Of a DNA stretch of 64,000 nucleotides, positions 29,801-37,935 are shown piece after piece. The notes beneath the pieces are model-generated. The model made no database searches. It worked only from the letters and a program-made list of their open reading frames with translations, and had not been told where the DNA came from. The translations under genes were made by a program, and so were the position numbers. Position 1 is the stretch's first letter, and every line of letters begins with the position of its first letter. Source of the stretch: an uncultured bacterium (lineage in GTDB: Bacteria; UBP14; UBA6098; B30-G16); assembly GCA_965552135.1 (NCBI GenBank), contig CBEVQY010000003.1, positions 24,632 through 88,631 on the forward strand, given 5' to 3'.

Positions 29801-29861
29801 CCCAAACTGCAAAGAAAGCCAAAACCACAACCCAAAAAGCTGCGCGCAACATGGGATTCAC
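26829..29861 (-). CDS. Large secreted protein (1010 aa) with three copies of an unrecognised ~200-aa module and a T9SS C-terminal sorting domain
   Basis: Signal peptide MNPMLRAAFWVVVLAFFAVWA. The repeated modules are marked by GYxxxD...LPFxFxFYxxxYDxxWVSTNGxLxF. The C-terminus MPYPNPFNSVTEVDLYL...SGIYLLVVDVGGRRFVRKTLLVR is a T9SS CTD. Confidence 0.8.
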   Translation of the reverse strand: MNPMLRAAFWVVVLAFFAVWASTGGPDDYGYTFRDSEEPGVAFEWISPSPADTPLAFLPGDDDEALVVHLPFTFSFYGIDYDSIWVSTNGLLSFYPDEVTEFFNEPIPDASTPNGLILPLWDDQKYYDVDTIETAIYAVSGGEEPERWFAVIWYNFFRLGFIEDVWTYEAILYESSSGDGAIVFQYLDATLEGEPSYSHGASATIGIENEDGTVGLQYSYNEASLSDSLRIEFLPPAPVDHNIAVVSAIAPFGRVVNIEVITPACAVRNFGSFDEAHVPVVLTITGDASGLVYADTQYVDIASGTADTVLFSPWTDFPADSYSAVFVTSCYGDEVPSDDTLTVRFEGLHHVGFGGPDVAGYMWYDNYYDGAEAPEFEEIITSDATELDLAGDDEYTALPLPFSFPFYETSFDTVWVSTNGFLAFEPLTSSHAWNDSLPTTTIAGVIAPFWDDLKVNDMASPASKIYTKTDISDGTQRFLVIFSNVYVPYSSTTDRITFEVILAEDGGIVLQYTGLVGVEDIGRVRGNSATVGISSPDGTSGLIYEYNGAPPENPVIDELAIRFVPPSEFVDTFPPQIAHEPESLVYLCASEGFVLWLFAQINAADLAAETLYYECGGEASFATAETTLGTTYGYLLSELAEGETLSYYFVAWDTAGNRSVLPEGAPAMRFTSAIGDPHHGANDALALIFADNFADAGDAPFVPTFAWVELDPHQGGSGTPNHSVTDYFISETKPLGPPITFIGEEIAEPWVRICSNGFVTFDTTCDYAYTNGSIPDSSLPNLLFAALWTDLTPEPPEDTLPAGRIFYGYSAAPFETPCGDSFFVVEWKDFYAYFDPSGKPATFQLWIPIVEAGASPCILTGQVVYLSVPDAAREVATIGVENAYGEGLAYVSYGNPAACLPVDSGAVAFIDTSTTKVCETLPRRTSVGMPYPNPFNSVTEVDLYLAEPTAVSARVTDLAGRVVATIAGGKVLPAGRYTLRWSAKNASSGIYLLVVDVGGRRFVRKTLLVR

Positions 29862-29865
29862 CTCC

Positions 29866-30258
29866 CTACTTTATAAGTCCCAGAAACCTGTCGAGGTCCT
29901 CTGGGTTAACGAACCTTATGCTGCCGTAGTAACATCCCTTCCTGTTGCAGAACTGAAGCTCGCCCCCTGTGGCAAGCTCGATTTTGATCTGATCAGCTTT
30001 GCAGTAGCACTTGCCCGCTATGGGCAGGGGCTTCTCGCAGTGCGGGCAGAAGAACTTCACCACATCCCCGGGGAGGATGTCGAGCTCTTCGGGCTCTATG
30101 GTTTCGTGGTCGCCGTAGATGGCGGAAAGCCAGATGTAGCCCCGATGCCCTTTGTTCTCCACAAGGAACCTGAGGGCGGGCTTGTTTTTAATGAGGTGCT
30201 CTTCGTCGTTTAGCTTCTGGCGGCAAAGCGGGCAGATCGCTTCTATGTAGTGGTACAT
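29866..30258 (-). CDS. Cys-rich zinc-ribbon protein (CxxC...CPxC...CxC...Cx4C), unrecognised family, paralog of 32943..33464
   Basis: 130 aa. Cysteine pairs CPLC, CPHC, CYC and CNRKGC. Shares LSxIxGDH...CPxC...KCxxC...FCxxxGC...GDL motifs with the 173-aa protein at 32943..33464. Confidence 0.55.
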   Translation of the reverse strand: MYHYIEAICPLCRQKLNDEEHLIKNKPALRFLVENKGHRGYIWLSAIYGDHETIEPEELDILPGDVVKFFCPHCEKPLPIAGKCYCKADQIKIELATGGELQFCNRKGCYYGSIRFVNPEDLDRFLGLIK

Positions 30259-30270
30259 CGCACGACCTCC

Positions 30271-31629
30271 TCAGAATTTGTACATTCCGCCGATCGTAAC
30301 AAACCCTCCTGCGCTTTCGCCGACGAGGTTCCGTCTGTACGATATGTCGAGCAATACGTTTCCGAACCTGAGCATGGCGCCGGCACCTACGCCGAAGCCC
30401 GAAATCCAAACCGACTCGAAGTACGACTCCTTTTCGGCGAGGTACACGTAGCCCACATCCGCACCAGCCGAGAGGTAGAGCAAAAGCGGGCTTGCGTAGT
30501 AGAAGTTGTAGAGCGCCTCGACGCCAAAGCGCATCGTGTTCACGCTGGCTACGGTGTTGTTGAGCTTGCTTATCCTCGCCTCGGTGCGAAACGTGTCGAC
30601 TATAATGGTATCCGTGCCCGTCGGTATAGTGTCCTGATAGAAGAATGTGTCAATGCTAATTACGAGGGTATCCTGCAGGTAGTTCCATTTGACGTTGCTT
30701 CTGCCGAAGATGACGTTCCCGCGGAGGATGAATGGTCCCACAAAGTACCCCGCGCCGAGGCTGAACTCGGAAAGGGATGTAAGCCCCAGCGCGTTTACAG
30801 TATCGAACTCGCTTGGAGACTCGTAACCGCCGGGAACGTCCTTGAGGTAAATCCTTTGGGTTATGCAGCTTTGGCGCTTCTCGTCCCTTATGGAGAAGAG
30901 GTAGTTTTCGGTTGGGCTGAAGGTGTCGAAGAAAAGCCCAACAACTCGTCTCCTCGTCGTTCGGAACTCCTCCCTTTCGCGCAGAAGGGCAAGTTTTCTT
31001 TCGGCAAGCTCCTTTTGGTGCTCAAGCTTTTGCTTCTGGATCCTCTCGCGGCTTTCTATCTCGGACTTCAAAAGCTCCATATCCCTTATGCCCGCCTGCG
31101 CCTTCTCCAAAAACTCGCCGCCGGGGTTCTTCTCGATGTAGGTCCTGTAGTATCGTATCGCTTCGTCCGCGAGGTCGGATCTTGAGAGCTGGTGAGCTTT
31201 CTCACCGAAAAGCTGCGCAAGGTGATAATAGTATTGGGGGTCGAGCTCCACGAGCTTGAGCCAGACGTCGTAGTACTCGTAGTGGTTCTCGAGGGCTTTT
31301 TCGAAGTGGCTTTGTGCTTTTCCTCTGTCGCCTGCGGCGAGGTATATAAGTCCTGCCTTGTATTGCAGGAAGGCGTTTTGAGGGCGCAGCGCCAGCGCCT
31401 TCTCGATGTAGTTCGTTGCCGTCTCGTAGTCGCCCTCTTCGTAGGCGAGCCAGGCGTAGTTGTAGAGGAACTCAGGGTTGTTCAGGTTCTCCTCAAGCTC
31501 GCCCACCATATCGGTCAGGGACCTGTCGGTGTACGTTGGATATTCCCGGGGCTTTTGGAATATATCCTCGAACTCCTGCGGATGCGTCGCAACGGTAAGG
31601 AGCGCCAGAGCCCAAAAGATCCTTCTCAT
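30271..31629 (-). CDS. TPR-repeat / coiled-coil protein with C-terminal outer-membrane beta-barrel-like domain
   Basis: Signal peptide, TPR-like helices (YNYAWLAYEEGDYETATNYIEKALAL...), a charged coiled-coil (ERIQKQKLEHQKELAERKLALLRE), then alternating-hydrophobic beta-strands ending in an aromatic C-terminus (...GGMYKF), which is typical of OMP barrels. Confidence 0.6.
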   Translation of the reverse strand: MRRIFWALALLTVATHPQEFEDIFQKPREYPTYTDRSLTDMVGELEENLNNPEFLYNYAWLAYEEGDYETATNYIEKALALRPQNAFLQYKAGLIYLAAGDRGKAQSHFEKALENHYEYYDVWLKLVELDPQYYYHLAQLFGEKAHQLSRSDLADEAIRYYRTYIEKNPGGEFLEKAQAGIRDMELLKSEIESRERIQKQKLEHQKELAERKLALLREREEFRTTRRRVVGLFFDTFSPTENYLFSIRDEKRQSCITQRIYLKDVPGGYESPSEFDTVNALGLTSLSEFSLGAGYFVGPFILRGNVIFGRSNVKWNYLQDTLVISIDTFFYQDTIPTGTDTIIVDTFRTEARISKLNNTVASVNTMRFGVEALYNFYYASPLLLYLSAGADVGYVYLAEKESYFESVWISGFGVGAGAMLRFGNVLLDISYRRNLVGESAGGFVTIGGMYKF

Positions 31630-32900
31630 GCTGCCTCCTTACTGTCTTTGTTTATCTGCGGCGGAAACGCCCCAAGCGCCTTTTCGTAGAACGCGGTTAT
31701 TGGCTTGAAGTTTCTCTCCAAAAGCGTCACCAGTGCGGCGGCAAACGCGATGCTAAGAAACACAACGACGTACGCAACGCCCTGGATGAGGTCGCCGTGT
31801 TCGACGCCTTTCTGCATGGGTAGCGATGCGAGCACCGCGGCGGCAAGTCCCTTCGGAACCAAAACCGACATCACCATCGCGTCGTAGCGCGGAACCTTCT
31901 TGGGCATCGCAAACCTCACAACCAAAAGCCTCACCAGAAATATCAAAACGACAAGCCCAAAGCCTGCGGCTATTGTTCCCGCACGGGAGAATTTAATGGA
32001 AATCCCCAGGTAAAGAAAGAAAAAGATTTTGAGCAGGAAGACGATCTCCTCGAAGAAGGTTTTTTCGTACCGAGACATTTCGTCTGGCTTTTTTACCGCG
32101 AAGCGGGTGTGCTTTTGGATTCGCTCGATTGGCACGTCCTTTATGTTCGCCAGTGTTACTCCGAATGCGAGCGCTGCTATTGCGCCGCTGTAGCCGAGGA
32201 ACTCCGCAAGCCCGTAGAGGACGAAGATATACGCCATCGTCGCAAGCGCAGTTACGGGAAAGCCCTTAAGCTTCCGTAAAAGCAGTGCCCAAACCGCTCC
32301 GCCGCAAAAGCCTATCGCCGAGGCAAGGACCAGCGAGGCTATGATCTGACCGATTATGCGCCCCGTCTCCACGGCTCCCGAGGCGTACGCCTGAAGCAGG
32401 CTCATCGCAACGACTATGCAGATCACGTCGGTTATCGCGGACTCCAGAAAGAGCACAGCGTACGCCATGGGTGAGAGCCTGAGCTTTTGTATGATCGGTA
32501 TGACCACCGCCGATGATGTTCCGCCGACGATGGCGCCGGCCATCGCCGCCACAAGCGGCTTCATCCCGAAAAGCCCCCAGCATGCGAGCGCAACGACGAG
32601 CATCGTTGCCAGAAAGCAGCTCAGCGAAACGAGCGCCGTCTCGTCAAGGGATTCGCGCAGCTGGCGGACGCTTAGGTTTATGCCGCCCTCAAACAGGATC
32701 ACGATGAGCGCCACCGTCGTGGCGACGTCGCCAAGCCTCCCGAAGTGCTCCTGCTTAACAAGACCCGTCACAGGTCCAAGTATTATCCCCAAGAGGGTGA
32801 GGAGCAGCACGTCGGGTATCCTTGTGCGCTCGAAGATAGACGTGAAGAGGTAGGCGAGGAAGATTACGAGTCCCGCGCCCAGAACCACAAGCGACATCAC
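31626..32900 (-). CDS. Cation:proton antiporter (CPA family Na+/H+ exchanger-like)
   Basis: About 12 TM helices. An N-terminal LGIILGP...ILFEGG motif is characteristic of Na_H_Exchanger (PF00999). A 4-nt overlap with the downstream gene. Confidence 0.85.
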   Translation of the reverse strand: MMSLVVLGAGLVIFLAYLFTSIFERTRIPDVLLLTLLGIILGPVTGLVKQEHFGRLGDVATTVALIVILFEGGINLSVRQLRESLDETALVSLSCFLATMLVVALACWGLFGMKPLVAAMAGAIVGGTSSAVVIPIIQKLRLSPMAYAVLFLESAITDVICIVVAMSLLQAYASGAVETGRIIGQIIASLVLASAIGFCGGAVWALLLRKLKGFPVTALATMAYIFVLYGLAEFLGYSGAIAALAFGVTLANIKDVPIERIQKHTRFAVKKPDEMSRYEKTFFEEIVFLLKIFFFLYLGISIKFSRAGTIAAGFGLVVLIFLVRLLVVRFAMPKKVPRYDAMVMSVLVPKGLAAAVLASLPMQKGVEHGDLIQGVAYVVVFLSIAFAAALVTLLERNFKPITAFYEKALGAFPPQINKDSKEAA

Positions 32901-32942
32901 AAAGCCCCCGTTTGGAGTTGCGTTTTGCGGGGTGCGCGACGT

Positions 32943-33464
32943 CTACCATGCGCCCTCGACGTACTCGCGGCTTATCAGGTCGCCCGCGCGAACTATATAT
33001 GAGCTCGGACAACCAACGACGTCGCAGAAGGCTATGCCGTCGGAGACATCGAACTCCTCCGACAGCGAAAGCACCCTTATCTCGCCCTGCGAGCACTGGT
33101 CGCACTTGGTCAGCACGGGGATTTCGACCCCGCAGTAGGGGCACATAACGCTGACCTTCTCGCCGTCGACAAGCTTTACGCCGATGGAGAGGCGCGTGTG
33201 ATCGCCGAAGATGGGCGAAAGCACAACCTCGCCCTCATCGCCGCCAGGGCGCCTGACCCTCAGGCGAATCCCAGGACAGCCATTAAAGCTCGCGTAGTCC
33301 CATATCAGGTTGTGCCCGTTAGGGCAAAAGACCTTCTTGACGACCACAACCTTCCTGTGTGATTCCTTCGCTTCGCGTCTGAGCCTAAGCTCCCTCGGGT
33401 CGGGGATGATCATGAACCCGCGTTCGTCGAATATATCGCCCATCCGAAAACCTCCCTTGTTCAT
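32943..33464 (-). CDS. Cys-rich zinc-ribbon protein, paralog of 29866..30258
   Basis: 173 aa, with CPNGH, MCPYC, KCDQC and FCDVVGC motifs. Alignable to the 130-aa paralog (LSPIFGDH versus LSAIYGDH). A 4-nt overlap with apgM upstream. Confidence 0.55.
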   Translation of the reverse strand: MNKGGFRMGDIFDERGFMIIPDPRELRLRREAKESHRKVVVVKKVFCPNGHNLIWDYASFNGCPGIRLRVRRPGGDEGEVVLSPIFGDHTRLSIGVKLVDGEKVSVMCPYCGVEIPVLTKCDQCSQGEIRVLSLSEEFDVSDGIAFCDVVGCPSSYIVRAGDLISREYVEGAW

Positions 33465-34663
33465 GCCAGGAACTTGAGGAGTCTTCCCGCATCAGCCATC
33501 ATGAGAAGGATTATCGCCTCGGCAGGGATTATGCCGAGTATTCCCTTTGCGCACTCGCGCTCCGAGAACTTCTTTGCGTCGTCGGCGAATGTGTAGCGCC
33601 CCTTTATAAGGAGCGGCACCGGGTGCCAGCTGTGCCCGCCGTAAACCGCGGGCGTCGAGTGATCACCCGTTATCGTTATAACGTCGGGCGAAAGCTCCAA
33701 AAGCTCGGGAAGCTTCCTGTCGACCTCCTCTATCACCCGAACCTTCCCCTCGAAGTCCTTGTCCTCGCCGCACGAGTCGGTCTTCTTGATGTGGATGAAG
33801 AAGAAGTCGTATTCGTCCCACAGGTTTCTTGCAAGCTCGAACTCCTCCTCGATGGTCTCGCCCACGGGCGGTGTATCCATCCCCACTATTCGCGCAAGCC
33901 CGCGGTACATGGGGTACGACGCGATGCCAACCGCCCTCATGCCGTATTTCTCGGTCGAGGTCTTTATGTCCATAAGCGTTGAGTAGCCCCGCAAAAGGAC
34001 GGTGTTTGCCGGGTATTCGTCTTCGAGGATCTGCGTTGCCCGCTCGACGAACTCGTTTATGATTCTCGCCGTTTTTTCGGCGGCGCGGGAAAGCGGCATG
34101 GCTTTGACCGGGGGTTTCCCCGCGACCTGCGGGTCGGCGTCGGTGACGTCGGGCACAAGGCCGGGGCCGCGGAAGACGACCGCAAAGCGGTAGTCCTTGC
34201 CGGCGGCGATGTCGACCGTTATGTCCTCTATGGCGGTTATGTTTTCGCGGAGTTTTGCCACAAGCCTTTTGCAAAGCTCGGTGGGGATTCTTCCGGCTCG
34301 GCGGTCGGTGATAATGCCGTCCTTGAGCGTGGCGAAGTTGCCGCGCGCAGCAAGATCCCCAGGACCAACGTCAAGACCCAGACCAAAGGCTTCGAGTATC
34401 CCCCTGCGGATGTTGTACTTGAGGGGGTTGTATCCGAACAGTCCGAGGTGTCCGGGCGCGCTACCGGGCGTTATGCCGTATCCGACGGGTATGTGCAGTC
34501 CGCACGAGCCTGCCGCAGCCAGGGCGTCCATATTGGGCGTGTTGGCTACCTCAAGCTCCGTGACGCCCTCGGCGTTGGTCGTGCCGCCCAAACCGTCGAG
34601 AACAAGCAGAACAAGCTTCGTGTCGTTCTTAACGATCAGCTGCGGAAGGATTTCCTCGTACAT
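33461..34663 (-). CDS. apgM: 2,3-bisphosphoglycerate-independent phosphoglycerate mutase, archaeal type
   Basis: 400 aa. LVLLVLDGLGG...ANTPNMD (metalloenzyme domain) and ITGDHSTP...GGHSWHPVP match the ApgM family (PF10143 + PF01676). Confidence 0.85.
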   Translation of the reverse strand: MYEEILPQLIVKNDTKLVLLVLDGLGGTTNAEGVTELEVANTPNMDALAAAGSCGLHIPVGYGITPGSAPGHLGLFGYNPLKYNIRRGILEAFGLGLDVGPGDLAARGNFATLKDGIITDRRAGRIPTELCKRLVAKLRENITAIEDITVDIAAGKDYRFAVVFRGPGLVPDVTDADPQVAGKPPVKAMPLSRAAEKTARIINEFVERATQILEDEYPANTVLLRGYSTLMDIKTSTEKYGMRAVGIASYPMYRGLARIVGMDTPPVGETIEEEFELARNLWDEYDFFFIHIKKTDSCGEDKDFEGKVRVIEEVDRKLPELLELSPDVITITGDHSTPAVYGGHSWHPVPLLIKGRYTFADDAKKFSERECAKGILGIIPAEAIILLMMADAGRLLKFLA

Positions 34664-34761
34664 CGCCCTACCTCCATCGAAGTCTGTCGAAATTTAAGCT
34701 GTGCGAAAAAACGGGCAAGGTTTTTGTGAGTGGGGTCGGGGAAGCGGGGCGAAGGAGAGTC

Positions 34762-34794
34762 CGGAAAGCAGAAGGCTCCCAGCGCGGTGGGAGC
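34762..34794 (-). terminator. Putative intrinsic terminator downstream of fabF
   Basis: A perfect hairpin GGCTCCC-N8-GGGAGCC followed, on the minus strand, by TTCTGCTTTCC. Confidence 0.35.
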
Positions 34795-34864
34795 CTGTCA
34801 AAACCGTGGTCTGTTGATCCAAGAATGGGGCTTGCAGACAGGTGCTCAGCCTGTGCAGAGGCGC

Positions 34865-36109
34865 CTATTCGCCCTCCCACTTCTTGACTATGATCGTTGC
34901 GTTGTGTCCGCCGAAGCCGAAGGAGTTGGAGAGGGCGATCTTCGGCTTTGCCTCGACCTTCTCCTGGACAATGTTCAGCCCTTCGCATTCGGGCTCGAGG
35001 TTTTCGATGTTTATCGATGGGTGCACCCAGCCGCTTTTGAGGGACATAACGGTAGCGATAAGCTCGACCGCGCCCGCAGCACCCAGCAGATGCCCTATCA
35101 TCGACTTCGAGGAGTTGATCAGAGGCTTGCCGGAGTTTGTGCCGAACACCTTCTTGAGCGCCTTTGCTTCGCTTATGTCGCCTGCGGGCGTGGACGTCCC
35201 GTGCGCGTTGACGTAGTCGATGTCGCCGGGGGTGAGTCCTGCGTCGGCTATCGCTTTTTGCATAACCTCAACGGCGCCCAGCCCGTCCTCGTGGGGAGCT
35301 GTGATGTGGTATGCGTCGCCCGTCTCGGCGTACCCTATGATCTCCGCGAGTATCGGTGCTCCGCGGCGCTTGGCGCTCTCAAGCTCCTCCAAAACCAAAA
35401 CCCCAGCGCCCTCGGCCATAAGGAAGCCGTCTCTGTCTTTGTCGAACGGTCTTGATGCGCGTTTGGGGTCGTCGTTTCGTGTGGTGAGCGCCCTTGCGGC
35501 GCAGAATCCGGCGTACGCCAGCGGGTGCAGTGGTGCCTCGCTGCCGCCGGTGACCATAAGGTCGGCTCGACCCTCACGTATCGCGAGGTAGGAGTTGCCT
35601 ATTGCGTGCGTTCCCGAGGCGCAGGCGCTTGTGGTGGTGTAGTTCGGTCCGCGCAGGTTGTAGCGGATCGAAATAAGCGCCGAGGCTATGTCGGAGATCA
35701 TCATGGGTATTAAAAACGGGCTTACGCGCCGCGGTCCCCGCTCGAGCAGGACCTTGTGCTGGTCAAGCAGCGTCGTTATTCCGCCGATGCCCGAGCCGAT
35801 GAGGACGCCGCCGCGCTGTGGGTCGTACCCGTTTGGTGTAAGCCCCGCCTGCCTGCAAGCCTGTTCGGCGGCAACTATCGCGTACTGGGCGAAAAGGTCG
35901 AGGCGACGCGCCTCCTTCGGATCGATATACTCGCTCGGGTCAAAATCCTTGACCTCCGCCGCTATCCGCGACGGCAGGTTGGATGCGTCGAACCTCGTGA
36001 GCGGACCTGCACCGCTTTCGCCGGCAAGAAGGTTGGACCAAAACGTGTCGACGTCGTTTCCGAGGGGCGTAACCGCCCCAACGCCGGTGATGACCACCCT
36101 GCGCCTCAT
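34865..36109 (-). CDS. fabF: Beta-ketoacyl-[acyl-carrier-protein] synthase II
   Basis: Active-site Cys in ...TTSACASGTHAIG..., the His-His motif (HGTSTP...GHLLGAAG) and a C-terminal NSFGFGGHNATIIV. Lies immediately downstream of acpP. Confidence 0.9.
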   Translation of the reverse strand: MRRRVVITGVGAVTPLGNDVDTFWSNLLAGESGAGPLTRFDASNLPSRIAAEVKDFDPSEYIDPKEARRLDLFAQYAIVAAEQACRQAGLTPNGYDPQRGGVLIGSGIGGITTLLDQHKVLLERGPRRVSPFLIPMMISDIASALISIRYNLRGPNYTTTSACASGTHAIGNSYLAIREGRADLMVTGGSEAPLHPLAYAGFCAARALTTRNDDPKRASRPFDKDRDGFLMAEGAGVLVLEELESAKRRGAPILAEIIGYAETGDAYHITAPHEDGLGAVEVMQKAIADAGLTPGDIDYVNAHGTSTPAGDISEAKALKKVFGTNSGKPLINSSKSMIGHLLGAAGAVELIATVMSLKSGWVHPSINIENLEPECEGLNIVQEKVEAKPKIALSNSFGFGGHNATIIVKKWEGE

Positions 36110-36118
36110 AAAGGCTCC

Positions 36119-36364
36119 TTATTTTTCCGCAAGCTTCTTTTCCAGATACTCTATCGCCGCGCCGACGGTGGTGAGCTTTTCGGCGTCCTCGTCGGGAATC
36201 TCTATCCCGAACTCCTCCTCAAGCGCCATAACGAGCTCAACGGTGTCGAGCGAGTCGGCGCCGAGGTCGTCGATGAAGTGGGCATCGGGGGTTATCTGGT
36301 CCTCGCTTACGCCAAGCTTTTCGACGATAAGCTCCTTCACCCTGCTTTCGATCGCCATCTCCAC
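36119..36364 (-). CDS. acpP: Acyl carrier protein
   Basis: 81 aa, with a [21 protein letters not shown] phosphopantetheine-attachment site. Confidence 0.9.
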   Translation of the reverse strand: MEMAIESRVKELIVEKLGVSEDQITPDAHFIDDLGADSLDTVELVMALEEEFGIEIPDEDAEKLTTVGAAIEYLEKKLAEK

Positions 36365-36499
36365 CTCCTTTCTGCGCCTTTCTGGGTCGCCAATAGATTA
36401 CCTTTGCGCGCGTATGCTGTCAACATTTTTTTGCCGCAGGCGTGCACCACTCTTTTTCGCTTGCAAAGCGCAGCTGCCGAAAAGATATTTAGAAGCGCT

Positions 36500-37282
36500 A
36501 TGGAACGCTCGCAGATAGAGGAGATCGTCTCCCGCGTTGTGGCTGCGATAAGGGGAGAGGGTGCGTCGCGTGGTGCTGGGAGTGGAGCCCGCGATGCTTC
36601 GGATGCCTCTTCTGGGGGCGAGAGCTTGCCCGTCCTTAAGCCTCTGCGGCCGGGTGAGCCCGTTTTGGTGACCGAAGCCGCCCTCAAAAAGCTTGCGCCA
36701 ACCGGTGGGACAGTGCTCGTCGCCGGCAGGGCGATAATAACCCCCTCCGCGCGCGACTACATGAGGAAGAAGGGCGTTGAGATAAAGCAGGTCGATCTGG
36801 GCTCTTCGGCTGGGGGTGTGCACCCGGCGCTTTCGAAGACCATCGCCATAGGCGCCGATCACAGGGGCTTTGCGCTCAAGGAGCACCTGAAGCGCGAGCT
36901 TTCCAAGCGCGGCTACAGCGTTGTCGACGTGGGCACGCACAAGCCCGAGCGCTGTGACTATCCCGATTTTGCTGCCGCCGTCGCGAAGAAGGTTTCGTCG
37001 GGGCAGGCGGCTTTTGGCATCGTCATCGACAGCGCGGGCATCGGTTCCGCTATAGCTGCGAACAAGGTTTCCGGCGTTCGCGCCGCCTGTTGTTGGGATG
37101 TCCCGTCGGCGGTGCAGGCAAGGCTACACAACAACGCCAACGTCATCGCTCTGGGCGCCGACAACATCGCCCCCGCAAAGGCGCTCGAGATGGCGACGAA
37201 GTTCATCGAGACCGAATACGTCCCCAACGAGCGCTACGAGCGCAGGCTCGCCAAGATATCGGAGCTTGAGCGGAAAGGCTGA
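36500..37282 (+). CDS. RpiB/LacA/LacB-family sugar-phosphate isomerase with ~110-aa N-terminal extension
   Basis: The C-terminal ~150 aa read IAIGADHRGFALKEHLKRELSKRGYSVVDVG...GIVIDSAGIGSAIAANKV...ALGA, typical of RpiB. The N-terminal extension (MERSQIEEIVSRVVAAI...AIITPSARDYMRKKGVEI) is of unknown family. The track ORF 35756..37282 runs antisense through acpP and fabF, so the start is set at ATG 36500. Confidence 0.75.
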   Translation: MERSQIEEIVSRVVAAIRGEGASRGAGSGARDASDASSGGESLPVLKPLRPGEPVLVTEAALKKLAPTGGTVLVAGRAIITPSARDYMRKKGVEIKQVDLGSSAGGVHPALSKTIAIGADHRGFALKEHLKRELSKRGYSVVDVGTHKPERCDYPDFAAAVAKKVSSGQAAFGIVIDSAGIGSAIAANKVSGVRAACCWDVPSAVQARLHNNANVIALGADNIAPAKALEMATKFIETEYVPNERYERRLAKISELERKG

Positions 37283-37317
37283 AGTCCATCCTGCAGGTCG
37301 CGGCCAGCCTGCGGATC

Positions 37318-37358
37318 GCACCCGGGGCAGGGATTTTTGTTTTGCCCGGTGCTTTGTC
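37318..37358 (+). terminator. Putative intrinsic terminator between the convergent rpiB-like and nitroreductase genes
   Basis: Hairpin GCACCCGGGGCAGGG-loop-TGCCCGGTGC followed by TTTGTC. Confidence 0.4.
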
Positions 37359-37384
37359 GGGGCGCGTGATTTCGCGGCAGCGGC

Positions 37385-37918
37385 TCAGACCCAGCTTGGC
37401 GGTTTTGCGCCCCAGCGGTTCTCGTGGACGATCTCCGAAAGCGGCTTCCTCTCCTTCGGCGGTGGCGTTTCGGCTGGGTATCCGATGGTGAAGATTGCGA
37501 CGACCTGAGCGTCCTGCGGCACTCCGAGCGCCTCGCGCATCCTATCCTGCCAGAACGCAACCACCCAGCACGACCCAAGCCCAAGCGCCGTCGCTGCAAG
37601 CGCTATGTGCTCGCCGGCTATGCCGATGTCGACCATGTGCGCAACGTTGCCGTTCGTGCAGACGTAGTCGGAGGGGTACCCGACCGCGGCGATGATTACC
37701 GGCGCCTCGAGGACGAAACGCTGATCCTTCGTTGCCTCGTACACCCTGCGCTTCGTCTCCTCGTCGGTGATGACGATGAAGTGCCAGGGCTGTCTGTTCC
37801 TCGCCGATGGCGCAAGCCGCGCAGCCTCAAGTATCTGTCTGAGTTTCTCCTCCTCCACGGGGCGCCTGGCGTAGGACCTTACGCTACGCCGCGCAGAGAT
37901 CGCCTCGAAGAGGTCCAT
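37385..37918 (-). CDS. Nitroreductase family protein
   Basis: MDLFEAISARRSVRSY...LEAARLAPSARNRQPWHF is the classic nitroreductase N-terminus. A perfect RBS AAAGGAGGTG precedes ATG 37918; the track ORF starts 7 codons earlier. Confidence 0.8.
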   Translation of the reverse strand: MDLFEAISARRSVRSYARRPVEEEKLRQILEAARLAPSARNRQPWHFIVITDEETKRRVYEATKDQRFVLEAPVIIAAVGYPSDYVCTNGNVAHMVDIGIAGEHIALAATALGLGSCWVVAFWQDRMREALGVPQDAQVVAIFTIGYPAETPPPKERKPLSEIVHENRWGAKPPSWV

Positions 37919-37935
37919 CGCCACCTCCTTTGGAT

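Noticed and set aside
35756-36499. The upstream 248 codons of the long + ORF 35756..37282.
   Set aside because: It runs antisense through bona fide acpP and fabF. The RpiB-like gene is taken to start at ATG 36500.
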